From Rhodospirillales bacterium (GTDB taxonomy: Bacteria > Pseudomonadota > Alphaproteobacteria > Dongiales > Dongiaceae), in assembly GCA_009885795.1 (NCBI GenBank), contig VFKA01000010.1, positions 4,695 to 68,694 on the forward strand: a stretch of DNA of 64,000 nucleotides, in the 5' to 3' direction. The notes under the pieces are model-generated. The model did not search any database. It saw nothing but the letters and a program-made list of their open reading frames with translations, and had not been told where the DNA came from. Made by a program: the position numbers and the translations under genes. This document shows, piece by piece, positions 27,086 through 35,839 of the stretch; within the stretch, counting starts at the first letter, position 1; every line of letters begins with the position of its first letter.

Positions 27086-27577
27086 TTAATTCGAGCCGCT
27101 GGCCTCGAAATCGATTTCGCCCGATTCGAGCGCGAGTTTCAGGGCCTCGAATCCAAATCGTAATTCCTCGTAAGCCTCTCGGGCATGTCGGATCTGCGCG
27201 ACCTCGGCGCTGGTCGGCATGCCGCGCGCGGCCGTCCCGGCTTCGAGGACGCCGGCGAGGTAGCGGCCGCGCTGGCGCGCGATCGCGTGAACCAAATAGT
27301 GCATTTCTTGCGGCGTGACCGTGACGATCGCCTCGCGCGTCTGCTCGCCCAGGCTTCGCTTCAGCGTGCCGTTGAGCCGGAACAGGAACTGGCGGACATT
27401 GCCGACATCTTCGGTGGCGACAAGGTTGGCCGGCGGCCTTGGCTGGGCGGGCGGTAGCGGCAGGGAAACGGTCGTTGACGGCACGACGTTCATTTTGCTG
27501 CCGAAGATCGAGGGCCCGCTGGCCGCCTGGGCGTTGCGCGTGGCTGGCCGTGGGGATCGCAAGGAATTGGAAGCCAT
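27086..27577 (-). CDS. hypothetical protein (orphan)
   Basis: 163 aa in a GC3-rich frame, with a Pro-rich N-terminal third and a helical-looking C-terminal part. No family recognised. Confidence 0.5.
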   Translation of the reverse strand: MASNSLRSPRPATRNAQAASGPSIFGSKMNVVPSTTVSLPLPPAQPRPPANLVATEDVGNVRQFLFRLNGTLKRSLGEQTREAIVTVTPQEMHYLVHAIARQRGRYLAGVLEAGTAARGMPTSAEVAQIRHAREAYEELRFGFEALKLALESGEIDFEASGSN

Positions 27578-27681
27578 GAGCGGTCCGGTTGCCGGGAATG
27601 AATTTCAGGACGAGTCCAAGCAAGTCCGGTGCCAAGGGATCGATTTTCTATAATCCAGTTATTTCAATGCATTATCGCCCG

Positions 27682-27700
27682 AAACTAGAAAACGAAATCA
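27682..27700 (+). promoter_or_regulatory. tandem ACGAAATC direct repeat (11-bp spacing) in the AT-rich TRAP leader; TATAAT at 27649..27654
   Basis: aACGAAATCaacACGAAATCg. It shares the CGAAAT core with the repeat array downstream of the operon (31324..31434). Confidence 0.3.
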
Positions 27701-27801
27701 ACACGAAATCGACCCGACCGGCAGATTGTTCCTGGATGGTGTTGATGGATATCGGATGAAGGGCCATGATGGGCTCCGCTCAATCAATCAGGGAGGGAAC
27801 G

Positions 27802-28941
27802 ATGACCAAATCACGCTCGACCGGAACACCCAAGCCGGCCTCGCCGGCACGCCGCAAGTTCCTGGCGGCGGCGGCAGGGGTCGCCGGCGGTACCGCGGCG
27901 CTGGCGATGCCGCGCCTGGCCCGCGCGCAGGACACGGTGACGCTGAAGTTTCAGAGCACCTGGCCGGCCAAGGATATCTTTCACGAGTACGCGCAAGACT
28001 ACGTCAACAAAGTGAACGAGATGTCGGGCGGGCGTCTCAAGCTCGACCTGCTGCCGGCGGGCGCGGTGGCCAAGGCGCTCGAGATGCAAGACGCGGTCAT
28101 CGCCGGCACGCTCGATGGCGGGCACGGCGTGTGCGCGTACTGGTATGGCAAGAACAAGGCCTATTCGTTGTTCGGCACCTCGCCGGCCTTTAGCATGAAT
28201 GCCAACCAGATTCTCGGCTGGTTCAAGTATGGCGGCGGCCGGGAACTCTATGACGAATTGGTTCATGACGTTCTCGGCCTCGGCCTCGTCGGCTTCCTCA
28301 CCGGTCCGATGCCGACCCAGCCGCTCGGCTGGTTCAAGACACCGGTGGAATCGGCCGACGCGTTCAAGAATCTCAAGTATCGTACCGTCGGGCTCTCGGC
28401 GGATCTCTTCGGCGAGCTCGGCGCGGCCGTGACCATCATGGGCGGCGGCGAGATCGTTCCGGCGATGGACCGGGGTCTGCTCGACGCGGCGGAGTTCAAC
28501 AATCCGTCGTCGGACCGTCTCCTCGGTTTCCCCGATGTCAGCAAGAACTACATGCTGCAGAGCTACCATCAGCCGGCGGAGTTCTTCGAGATCATCTTCA
28601 ACAAGGGGAAATTCGACGCCTTGAGCGACGATTTGAAGGCGATCTTGAAATACGCCGCCGAGGCGCATTCGGCCGACATGTCGTGGAAGGCGATGGATCG
28701 ATACTCCAAGGACCTCGCGGGCATGAAGGCCGAGCAAGGCGTTCAAGTGCATCGTACGCCCGATTCGGTGTTGCAGGCGCAGCTCGCCGCCTGGGACAGG
28801 GTCGTCGGCAGGGTGTCGGCGGAGAATCCGTTCTTCGCCAAGGTGGTCGAATCGCAGAAGGCGTGGGCCAAGCGCGTGGTGACGTTCCATCTCGAGAACG
28901 AAGTCAGCCAGGACGTCGCGTTCAAGCACTTCTTCGGTTGA
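27802..28941 (+). CDS. TRAP transporter substrate-binding protein (DctP-type)
   Basis: Start MTKSRSTGTPKP within ORF 27766..28941. Tat signal SPARRKFLAAAAGVAGGTAALAMPRLARA. Followed by DctQ and DctM. Confidence 0.85.
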   Translation: MTKSRSTGTPKPASPARRKFLAAAAGVAGGTAALAMPRLARAQDTVTLKFQSTWPAKDIFHEYAQDYVNKVNEMSGGRLKLDLLPAGAVAKALEMQDAVIAGTLDGGHGVCAYWYGKNKAYSLFGTSPAFSMNANQILGWFKYGGGRELYDELVHDVLGLGLVGFLTGPMPTQPLGWFKTPVESADAFKNLKYRTVGLSADLFGELGAAVTIMGGGEIVPAMDRGLLDAAEFNNPSSDRLLGFPDVSKNYMLQSYHQPAEFFEIIFNKGKFDALSDDLKAILKYAAEAHSADMSWKAMDRYSKDLAGMKAEQGVQVHRTPDSVLQAQLAAWDRVVGRVSAENPFFAKVVESQKAWAKRVVTFHLENEVSQDVAFKHFFG

Positions 28942-29029
28942 GGCCGCCGCGGCCTCGATCTTGCGGGACTCATGGAGCGGCGAGGGGGCCGCTCCATGAC
29001 GCCCTTGTTCGGCTCTTGGGGGAAGCGGT

Positions 29030-29086
29030 CCTCATGCTTCGACAGGCTCGGCATGAGGCCTCATCCCGAGCCTGTCGAAGGATGAT
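29030..29086. repeat. Family A intergenic repeat (short copy)
   Basis: cctcatgcttcgacaggctcggcatgaggcctcatcccgagcctgtcgaaggatgatg. Confidence 0.7.
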
Positions 29087-29113
29087 GTCGAAGCGAGCTA
29101 AGGTGATAAACGG

Positions 29114-29995
29114 ATGAACGTCCGCCGGCTGTCGGATGGGCTGCTCGGTGGCGGGTTGCTGGCAATTCTCGCTGCCGTGGTCTGGTCGCTGCAATTTTAT
29201 GGCAACGCCGCGAGAGAACTGGCCAAGGCGGGATTGGCGGCCGGGCACTCGATCGCCTGTCTCTATGCCCTCGGCGGATCGTGCGGCATCGACGTCGAGT
29301 TGGCCGGTGGCGCGGATATCGCGCCCTATCTATTCTGGTTTGGCCTGTTGCTGTTCGTTGGCGGTTTTGCTTGGCGGTTCCTAGCGCCGAGCCGCTCGGG
29401 CGATGCATCGCCGACGCAGCAATTGCTGATTTTCACCGACAGCGTCAGCACCGGGGTCGGCCATCTTTTCGCTTGGTGCATCGTCATTCTGACCTTCGCG
29501 ATCAGTTACGAGGTGTTCTCCCGCTACGTCCTCCAGGCGCCGACGTCCTGGGCCTACGACGCCAGCTACATCCTCTACGGCACGTTGTTCATCATGGCCG
29601 GCGCCTATGCGCTCTGCCGCAACGGCCACGTGCGCGGCGATTTCCTCTATCGCATGTGGCCGCCTCGCGTACAGGCGGGCATGGATCTCGTGCTGTTCTT
29701 CTTGTTCTTCTTCCCCGGCATCCTCGCCTTCATCTATTCGGGTTACCAGTTCGCCGCCGCCTCGTGGGCGGTGAACGAGCATTCCTCCTACAGCCCGGCC
29801 GGGCCGCCGATCTATCATTTCAAGACCCTGCTGCCGATCACCGGGATTCTCATGCTGCTGCAAGGCATCGCCGAGGTCGTTCGTTGCCTGGTCTGCCTGA
29901 GGAGCGGGGCCTGGCCGCAACGGCTTCATGACGTCGAAGAGCTCGAGAAGGTCATCCTCGCGCGGCGTCAAGAGCAAGAAGCGAGGCCGTCGTGA
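29114..29995 (+). CDS. TRAP transporter small permease (DctQ) with N-terminal extension of about 100 aa
   Basis: 293 aa. The C-terminal about 190 aa are DctQ-like. The N-terminal part adds two hydrophobic spans. Confidence 0.75.
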   Translation: MNVRRLSDGLLGGGLLAILAAVVWSLQFYGNAARELAKAGLAAGHSIACLYALGGSCGIDVELAGGADIAPYLFWFGLLLFVGGFAWRFLAPSRSGDASPTQQLLIFTDSVSTGVGHLFAWCIVILTFAISYEVFSRYVLQAPTSWAYDASYILYGTLFIMAGAYALCRNGHVRGDFLYRMWPPRVQAGMDLVLFFLFFFPGILAFIYSGYQFAAASWAVNEHSSYSPAGPPIYHFKTLLPITGILMLLQGIAEVVRCLVCLRSGAWPQRLHDVEELEKVILARRQEQEARPS

Positions 29996-31311
29996 CCGAC
30001 CCGCAGATCGGCGTCCTCATGCTCGGGCTGTTCGTCGTCTTCATCCTGCTCGGGTTTCCGATCGCCTTCACGCTCATGGCCATGGGGGTCGGGTTCGGAT
30101 ATCTGGCGATGGGCGACGCCGTGTTCCAGCTTCTGGTCCAGCGCGCCTATTCGGTGATGTCGAACGACGTGCTGATCTCGGTGCCGCTGTTCGTGTTCAT
30201 GGGCTACGTGATCGAGCGCGCCAACATTCTCGACCGCCTGTTTCGAAGTATTCAGATCGCGGCGGGCGGCTTGCCGGCGTCGCTGGCCGTGGCGACGCTC
30301 GCCACCTGCACCCTCTTCGCGACCGCGACCGGCATCGTCGGCGCGGTCGTCACGCTCATGGGGTTGCTCGCCTATCCGGCCATGCTGCGGAACGGCTATG
30401 ACGAGAAGCTCGCCGCCGGCGTGGTGTGCGCCGGCGGGTGTCTCGGTATCCTGATTCCGCCCAGCGTGATGCTGATCCTCTACGGCGCCACCGCCGGCGT
30501 GTCGGTGGTGAAGCTCTATGCCGGCGCGTTCTTCCCCGGATTGATGCTCGCCGGCCTCTACATGGCCTACGTGATCGCGCGCGCGGTGATCGATCCGCGC
30601 CTTGCCCCGAAGCTCCCGATGGAAGAGCGCAATGTGCCGTTTGCGAAAGTGGCCTACGACCTGATGACGTCCTTCGTGCCGCTGGCCGCGCTCATTTTTT
30701 CGGTGCTGGGGGCGATCCTCTTCGGCCTCGCCACGCCGACCGAGGCCGCGGCGATCGGAGCCCTGGGCAGCCTGCTGCTGGCCGCCGGCTACCGCTCGCT
30801 CAATCTTCAAAAACTCAAGGAGGCGGTCTATCTGACGGCGCGGACATCGGCGATGGTGTGCTGGCTGTTCGTCGGCTCGTTCACGTTCTCGGCGGTGTTC
30901 GCCTATCTCGGCGGCGATTCGGTCATCAAGGACTTCGTGCTCGGCCTCGACATGACACCGTTGATGTTCATGATCGTGGCCCAGATCATCATCTTCATCC
31001 TCGGCTGGCCGCTCGAATGGACCGAGATCATCATCATCTTCATGCCGATCTTCCTGCCGCTGCTCGACCATTTCGGCATCGATCCGTTGTTCTTCGGTCT
31101 GCTGGTGGCGCTCAACATCCAGACGTCGTTCCTGTCGCCGCCGGTCGCCATGGCGCCCTTCTACCTGAAGGGTGTCGCGCCCGCCCATGTGTCGATCAAC
31201 CAGATCTTCGCCGGCGTCATGCCGTATCTGGCGATCATCGTGTTCGCGATGGTGCTGCTCTACATCTTCCCGCAGATCGGCCTGTGGCTCCCCTCGGTGC
31301 TCTACCGCTGA
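29992..31311 (+). CDS. TRAP transporter large permease (DctM)
   Basis: 439 aa, polytopic, with a 4-nt overlap with the DctQ stop. Confidence 0.9.
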   Translation: MTDPQIGVLMLGLFVVFILLGFPIAFTLMAMGVGFGYLAMGDAVFQLLVQRAYSVMSNDVLISVPLFVFMGYVIERANILDRLFRSIQIAAGGLPASLAVATLATCTLFATATGIVGAVVTLMGLLAYPAMLRNGYDEKLAAGVVCAGGCLGILIPPSVMLILYGATAGVSVVKLYAGAFFPGLMLAGLYMAYVIARAVIDPRLAPKLPMEERNVPFAKVAYDLMTSFVPLAALIFSVLGAILFGLATPTEAAAIGALGSLLLAAGYRSLNLQKLKEAVYLTARTSAMVCWLFVGSFTFSAVFAYLGGDSVIKDFVLGLDMTPLMFMIVAQIIIFILGWPLEWTEIIIIFMPIFLPLLDHFGIDPLFFGLLVALNIQTSFLSPPVAMAPFYLKGVAPAHVSINQIFAGVMPYLAIIVFAMVLLYIFPQIGLWLPSVLYR

Positions 31312-31323
31312 GGCGGATCGGGC

Positions 31324-31434
31324 AGGATTTCGTATTTCGGTGGTATTTCGGTGATTTCGGTGACAGTGCACTAAATAGGATATATATCTTAATTCATGCA
31401 CTGTCACCGAAATACACCCGAAATACACCGAAAT
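31324..31434. repeat. 111-bp dyad element: inverted arrays of ATTTCG(GTG) units around an AT-rich 26-nt spacer
   Basis: Four ATTTCG units on the left (31326, 31333, 31344, 31353) and three CGAAAT units on the right (31407, 31418, 31428). Perfect 17-bp stem 31353..31369 / 31396..31412. The spacer contains the GATATATATC palindrome. Confidence 0.85.
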
Positions 31435-31439
31435 AGGGG

Positions 31440-32252
31440 TCAGTCTCGATAACCGGGGTCGATGCGGTCGATGAGGCGGATGAGCGCGCTCCAGGGAAGG
31501 TCGGGCCAATCGAGCGGTCCCATGGTCGCCGTGTCGCCGCCGCTGTATTGGCGCTCCGTGTAGGCGCAGACATCGGGCGCCGGAATGATCGGCTCGACGC
31601 CCGTGGATTGCGCCGCGAGCTGCAACTCGCACGCCTTGTCCAGGTAATACATCAGCATGAACGCCTCGGCGGCGCTTCGCCCGCAGGTCAGCAGGCCATG
31701 ATTGCGCAGGATCATGACCCATTTCTCGCCGAGGTCGGCGACCAGGCGCCGGCGCTCGTCGAGATTCTCGGCGATGCCCTCGTAATCGTGATAGGCGACG
31801 CGGCCATGGAACTGCATCGCGATCTGATTGAGCGGCAGCAGGCCGGTCTTCAACGCCGCCACCGTCATGCCGGCCTTGGTGTGGGTGTGAAGGACGCAAT
31901 CGACGTCCGGCCGGGCGCTGTGAATGGCGCTGTGGATGACGAAGCCGGCATAGTTGGTGCCGGGACCGGCCTCGCCCACCGGGTTGCCGTCGAGATCGAT
32001 CTTTACCAGGTTGGACGCAGTGATCTCGTCGAACATCAGGCCGTAGGGATTGATGAGAAACTGGTCGTGGCTGCCCGGCACGCGCAGCGAGATGTGGGTG
32101 TAGATGAGATCGGTCATGCGGAAATGGGCGATGAGGCGGTAGCAGGCGGCGAGCTGGACCCGCGCGTCCCTCTCCGCCTTCGCCAAGCCCGAGGGCGGCG
32201 TGGCGCGGAGCGTCTTCTGGCTGGCGACTGACATGGTTGCGATCTCCTCCAA
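31440..32252 (-). CDS. class II aldolase/adducin family protein
   Basis: 270 aa with metal-binding His region DCVLHTHTKAG. Confidence 0.8.
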   Translation of the reverse strand: MEEIATMSVASQKTLRATPPSGLAKAERDARVQLAACYRLIAHFRMTDLIYTHISLRVPGSHDQFLINPYGLMFDEITASNLVKIDLDGNPVGEAGPGTNYAGFVIHSAIHSARPDVDCVLHTHTKAGMTVAALKTGLLPLNQIAMQFHGRVAYHDYEGIAENLDERRRLVADLGEKWVMILRNHGLLTCGRSAAEAFMLMYYLDKACELQLAAQSTGVEPIIPAPDVCAYTERQYSGGDTATMGPLDWPDLPWSALIRLIDRIDPGYRD

Positions 32253-32663
32253 CTACTTCTCGATAAACCGGTAAATGCCCATGCCCGCGGCCATGGCGGC
32301 GACGAACGCGAGCGATGGCGCGAGGCCGTAGGCCAGCGAGGCGATGGCCGGGCCGGGGCAGAATCCGACCAGCCCCCAGCCGACTCCGAACAGCAGCGCG
32401 CCGCCGATGAGGCGGGCGTCGATGGCGGTTTTGGCCGGCTTGTCGAACGCCTCGGCTAGAACCGGCCGCGCCAACCGCCGGCTCCACCCTATGGCGGGCG
32501 CCATCACGATGAGCGCGCCGGCCATCACGAAGGCGAGCGTCGGATCCCAGGCCCCGGCAACATCGAGAAACCCCAGAACCTTCGCCGGGTCCACCATGCG
32601 CGAGACCGCGAGGCCGAGACCGAACAGCATCCCGCAGACCAGGCTCGCCAAGACCCGCCGCAT
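32253..32663 (-). CDS. YeeE/YedE-family membrane protein, half-size
   Basis: Start MRRVLASLVCGMLFG within ORF 32253..32831. Motif GWGLVGFCPGPA. Confidence 0.7.
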   Translation of the reverse strand: MRRVLASLVCGMLFGLGLAVSRMVDPAKVLGFLDVAGAWDPTLAFVMAGALIVMAPAIGWSRRLARPVLAEAFDKPAKTAIDARLIGGALLFGVGWGLVGFCPGPAIASLAYGLAPSLAFVAAMAAGMGIYRFIEK

Positions 32664-32664
32664 G

Positions 32665-33090
32665 TCAGCCTCCCGCAACATGGCGCACGATATAGACCAC
32701 GGCCGCCGCCGCCGCCATGAACAAGACCGTGGCCATGATCGACCGGGGCGACAGCCTGGCGATCCCGCACACGCCATGCCCGCTGGTGCAGCCGCCGCCG
32801 AGCCGCGTCCCGAACCCGACCAGGACGCCACCGGCGATCAAGGTCGGCCAATGGCTGGTGACGTCGATCGCGTCGCTCATGCCGGAAGCGCCCCGATAGA
32901 GCAGGGCGCCCAGAACCAACCCGCCGAGGAACGCGGCGCGCCAAGCGATCGAGCCGGCGGCGGGACGCAGCAATCCGCCGGCGATGCCGCTGATGCCCGC
33001 GACGCGGCCGTCGAGCAGCAGTAAGAGAGCGGCGGCGGCGCCGATCATCAGGCCGCCGGCCAGGGCGGATAGGGGCGAGAACTCGGCCAT
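32665..33090 (-). CDS. YeeE/YedE-family membrane protein, half-size
   Basis: Start MAEFSPLSALAGG within ORF 32665..33237. Motif GGGCTSGHGVCG. Confidence 0.7.
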   Translation of the reverse strand: MAEFSPLSALAGGLMIGAAAALLLLLDGRVAGISGIAGGLLRPAAGSIAWRAAFLGGLVLGALLYRGASGMSDAIDVTSHWPTLIAGGVLVGFGTRLGGGCTSGHGVCGIARLSPRSIMATVLFMAAAAAVVYIVRHVAGG

Positions 33091-33133
33091 CCCTTGAAGG
33101 GCCTCCTGGTGTCCCGCCCCATCATACTCGGCT

Positions 33134-33337
33134 ATGATCCGCGCCATGATCGAAATCATCATCGAGCGCTGGGCCAATTTGGATCGATCGGTCGAGTATC
33201 TCTGGTCGGTGTGGCAAGAGGGGCGCCGCGTTCGCATGGGCGGGCCGCACGCCGCGCCCGAGCCATCGGAAGCCGAAGCGCACCGGTTTTGTCGGGACGC
33301 GCTCGAACGCGAGGCCGACCGGGTGACGCGGCTTTGA
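33134..33337 (+). CDS. small hypothetical protein (67 aa)
   Basis: Clean GC3-rich frame. Its stop overlaps the TTG start of the downstream hydrolase (TTGA). Confidence 0.45.
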   Translation: MIRAMIEIIIERWANLDRSVEYLWSVWQEGRRVRMGGPHAAPEPSEAEAHRFCRDALEREADRVTRL

Positions 33338-33942
33338 CCCAGGCCGCCTCCTTTAGCGTCACCTTTAGCGGCGGCAAGCTATACGGCTTGTCGGCCGGCA
33401 AACCCGCTGGCGCCCCGGTTCTTCTGCTGCACGGGCAGGTCTTCACGGCGGCCACTTGGAAGGATCTCGGAACTCTGGCGGTGCTGGCCGAGAATGGGGC
33501 GCGGGCCGTGGCGGTCGATCTGCCGGGCTTCGGCCAGTCGAAGGCCGCCAAAGCCGATCCCGCGACGCTTCTGGCCGAAATCATGCCGGCCCTGGTCGGC
33601 GATCGGCCCGTCATAGTCGCTCCATCCATGAGCGGGCGGTTTCTGTTCCCATTCATGATCCGGCATGCCGAGCGACTAGCGGGGGCCGTGCTGGTGGCGC
33701 CGGTCGGGTTCGAGCGCGTGGCGTCCGCGCTGCGAAACGTCAAGCTCCCGGTGCTCATCGTCTGGGGCGACCAGGATCGCGTGACCCCGGTCGGCGGCGC
33801 CAACCGGTTGGCCGCTTGTTTCGCCGGCGCCCGCGTCGTCATCCTGCGCGGGGCGCGTCATCCCTGTTACATGGACCGGCCGGCGGAATTCCACGAGGCG
33901 TTGCTGGCGTTCATCGAAGCAACCCGATCGCATATTGGGTAA
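33334..33942 (+). CDS. alpha/beta hydrolase
   Basis: C-terminal about 200 aa of ORF 33094..33942. Contains LLLHGQ..., the APSMSG nucleophile elbow and a C-terminal GARHPCY. The TTG start at 33334 is inferred because the upstream part of the ORF is Arg-rich shadow. Confidence 0.7.
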   Translation: MTQAASFSVTFSGGKLYGLSAGKPAGAPVLLLHGQVFTAATWKDLGTLAVLAENGARAVAVDLPGFGQSKAAKADPATLLAEIMPALVGDRPVIVAPSMSGRFLFPFMIRHAERLAGAVLVAPVGFERVASALRNVKLPVLIVWGDQDRVTPVGGANRLAACFAGARVVILRGARHPCYMDRPAEFHEALLAFIEATRSHIG

Positions 33943-33952
33943 GTTGCCCGCC

Positions 33953-35839
33953 ATGACGACAACGCAAATTCGGCCGGAAGCCGGGGCGAGGGGGCTCCGT
34001 GCATTGGTGGTGGGGGCAGTCGGCATCGTCTATGGCGATATCGGTACCAGCCCTCTCTACACGGTCCGCCAGGCGTTCAATCCGGAAGGCGGCTTGGTCC
34101 CGACCGAGGCGAACGTGCTTGGCGTGCTGTCGCTCATCGTCTGGGCGATCGTCATTATCGTGACGCTCAAGTATGTCGTCGTGATCCTGCGCGCCGACAA
34201 TCGGGGCGAAGGCGGCGTGCTCGCCTTGGCGGCGCTTGGCCTGCGAAGCGCCGGCAGCGGCAGGCTGCGTCATATCGTGATTCTGCTGTCGATCATGGGC
34301 TTGGCGCTTTTCGCCGGCGACGGCCTCATTACCCCGGCTATCTCCGTGCTCAGCGCGGTCGAGGGCATGGAGATCGTGGCCCCGGCGCTCGAACCCTATG
34401 TGGTGCCCGCGGCGATCGCGATCCTGGTCTTCCTGTTCATGATTCAATCGCATGGCACCGCCAGGGTCGGCCGGCTGTTCGGCCCGGTCATGTGCGTGTG
34501 GTTCGCCACGTTGGGCGTGCTGGGGCTCATCGAGATCGCGAAACAACCGGGGATCTTGCGCGCGGTCAACCCCGCCTACGCGCTGGGCCTCTTCGAGCAT
34601 GGCGGTTGGCAGGCCGTTATCGTCCTCGGCGCGGTCGTGCTGGCGGTGACGGGCGCCGAGGCGCTCTACGCCGACATGGGACATTTCGGGCGCCGGACGA
34701 TCCGCATTGCCTGGTTCGGCATCGCCTGTCCGGGCCTGCTGCTCAACTATTTCGGACAGTGCGCCTTGCTACTGCGCCATCCCGAGGCCGTGGAGCATCC
34801 CTTCTTCCTGTTGGTGCCGTCCTGGGCGCTGATACCGTTGGTCGTGTTGGCGACGCTGGCGACGGTGATCGCGTCGCAAGCCGTCATTTCCGGCGCTTTC
34901 TCGCTTACCCGGCAGGCGATTGCGCTCGGATACCTACCGCGCATGGAGACCCGTCACACCTCGGAAAGCACGATCGGCCAGATCTACATTCCGCGGGTCA
35001 ACTGGTGCTTGATGGCCGGCGTCGTCGCGCTGGTGCTGGGGTTCGGATCCTCGGAAGACCTGGCCGGCGCCTATGGCATCTCGGTCATCGGCGCCATGAC
35101 CGTGGATACAATTCTCGCCGGGATCGTGGCGGCACTCCTATGGCGGTGGAACGGATTTCTGGTGGCGGCGCTGTTCGGCGCCTTCCTGGTCGTCGATCTC
35201 GGGTTCCTCGCGGTGACGACGCTGAAGATTCCCGACGGCGGCTGGCTGCCGCTCCTCATCGCCGCCGCGGCGTTCATCATCGTCAAGACTTGGCGGCGCG
35301 GCCGCGCGGCGCTCTACCAACGCGTCTATCGCGATGCCTTGCCGATCGAGAAATTCATCGAGCGCCTCGGCCCCTCGGTTCAGCGCGTGGCTGGAACCGC
35401 CGTGTTCATGACAGGAAACGTGAAATTCGTTCCGCCGGCCCTGCTTCACAACTTGAAGCACAACAAGGTCATCCATGAGCGCGTCATCCTGATGACCGTG
35501 GCGACCGAGGATGAACCGCGCGTGGCCAAGGACCGGTCGTTCGCGGTCGAGGCGCTGGGCAAACGATTCCATAGCGTCACCGCGCGCCATGGTTTCATGG
35601 AGGAGCCGAACGTGCCGGCGGCGCTGGCGCTGTGCCGGACGCGCGGCCTCGACATCGACATGATGGAGACGTCGTTCATCCTCGGGCGCGAGACGCTGGT
35701 ACCTTCCTCCCGCTCCGATCTGTTGCCGTGGGAGGAACGGCTGTTCATCGCCATGTCGACGACCGCGCTCAGCGCCACCACCTTCTTCAAGATACCGCCG
35801 GGCCGGGTGGTCGAAGTCGGCGCGCAGATCGAGGTCTAA
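33953..35839 (+). CDS. kup: potassium transporter Kup
   Basis: N-terminal signature GAVGIVYGDIGTSPLYT. About 628 aa, polytopic with a cytoplasmic C-terminal domain. Confidence 0.9.
   Translation: MTTTQIRPEAGARGLRALVVGAVGIVYGDIGTSPLYTVRQAFNPEGGLVPTEANVLGVLSLIVWAIVIIVTLKYVVVILRADNRGEGGVLALAALGLRSAGSGRLRHIVILLSIMGLALFAGDGLITPAISVLSAVEGMEIVAPALEPYVVPAAIAILVFLFMIQSHGTARVGRLFGPVMCVWFATLGVLGLIEIAKQPGILRAVNPAYALGLFEHGGWQAVIVLGAVVLAVTGAEALYADMGHFGRRTIRIAWFGIACPGLLLNYFGQCALLLRHPEAVEHPFFLLVPSWALIPLVVLATLATVIASQAVISGAFSLTRQAIALGYLPRMETRHTSESTIGQIYIPRVNWCLMAGVVALVLGFGSSEDLAGAYGISVIGAMTVDTILAGIVAALLWRWNGFLVAALFGAFLVVDLGFLAVTTLKIPDGGWLPLLIAAAAFIIVKTWRRGRAALYQRVYRDALPIEKFIERLGPSVQRVAGTAVFMTGNVKFVPPALLHNLKHNKVIHERVILMTVATEDEPRVAKDRSFAVEALGKRFHSVTARHGFMEEPNVPAALALCRTRGLDIDMMETSFILGRETLVPSSRSDLLPWEERLFIAMSTTALSATTFFKIPPGRVVEVGAQIEV

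Noticed and set aside
31324-31434. Possibility that the tandem ATTTCGGTG units are a CRISPR array
   Set aside because: The units are about 9-11 bp with no unique spacers of 25-40 bp. They are arranged as an inverted dyad, and no cas genes are in the window.
29968-32487. 839-aa minus-strand ORF across dctM, the dyad element and the aldolase gene
   Set aside because: Its composition (R, H, D, G, P runs) is non-protein-like. It crosses an intergenic repeat and overlaps three confidently called genes in other frames or on the other strand.
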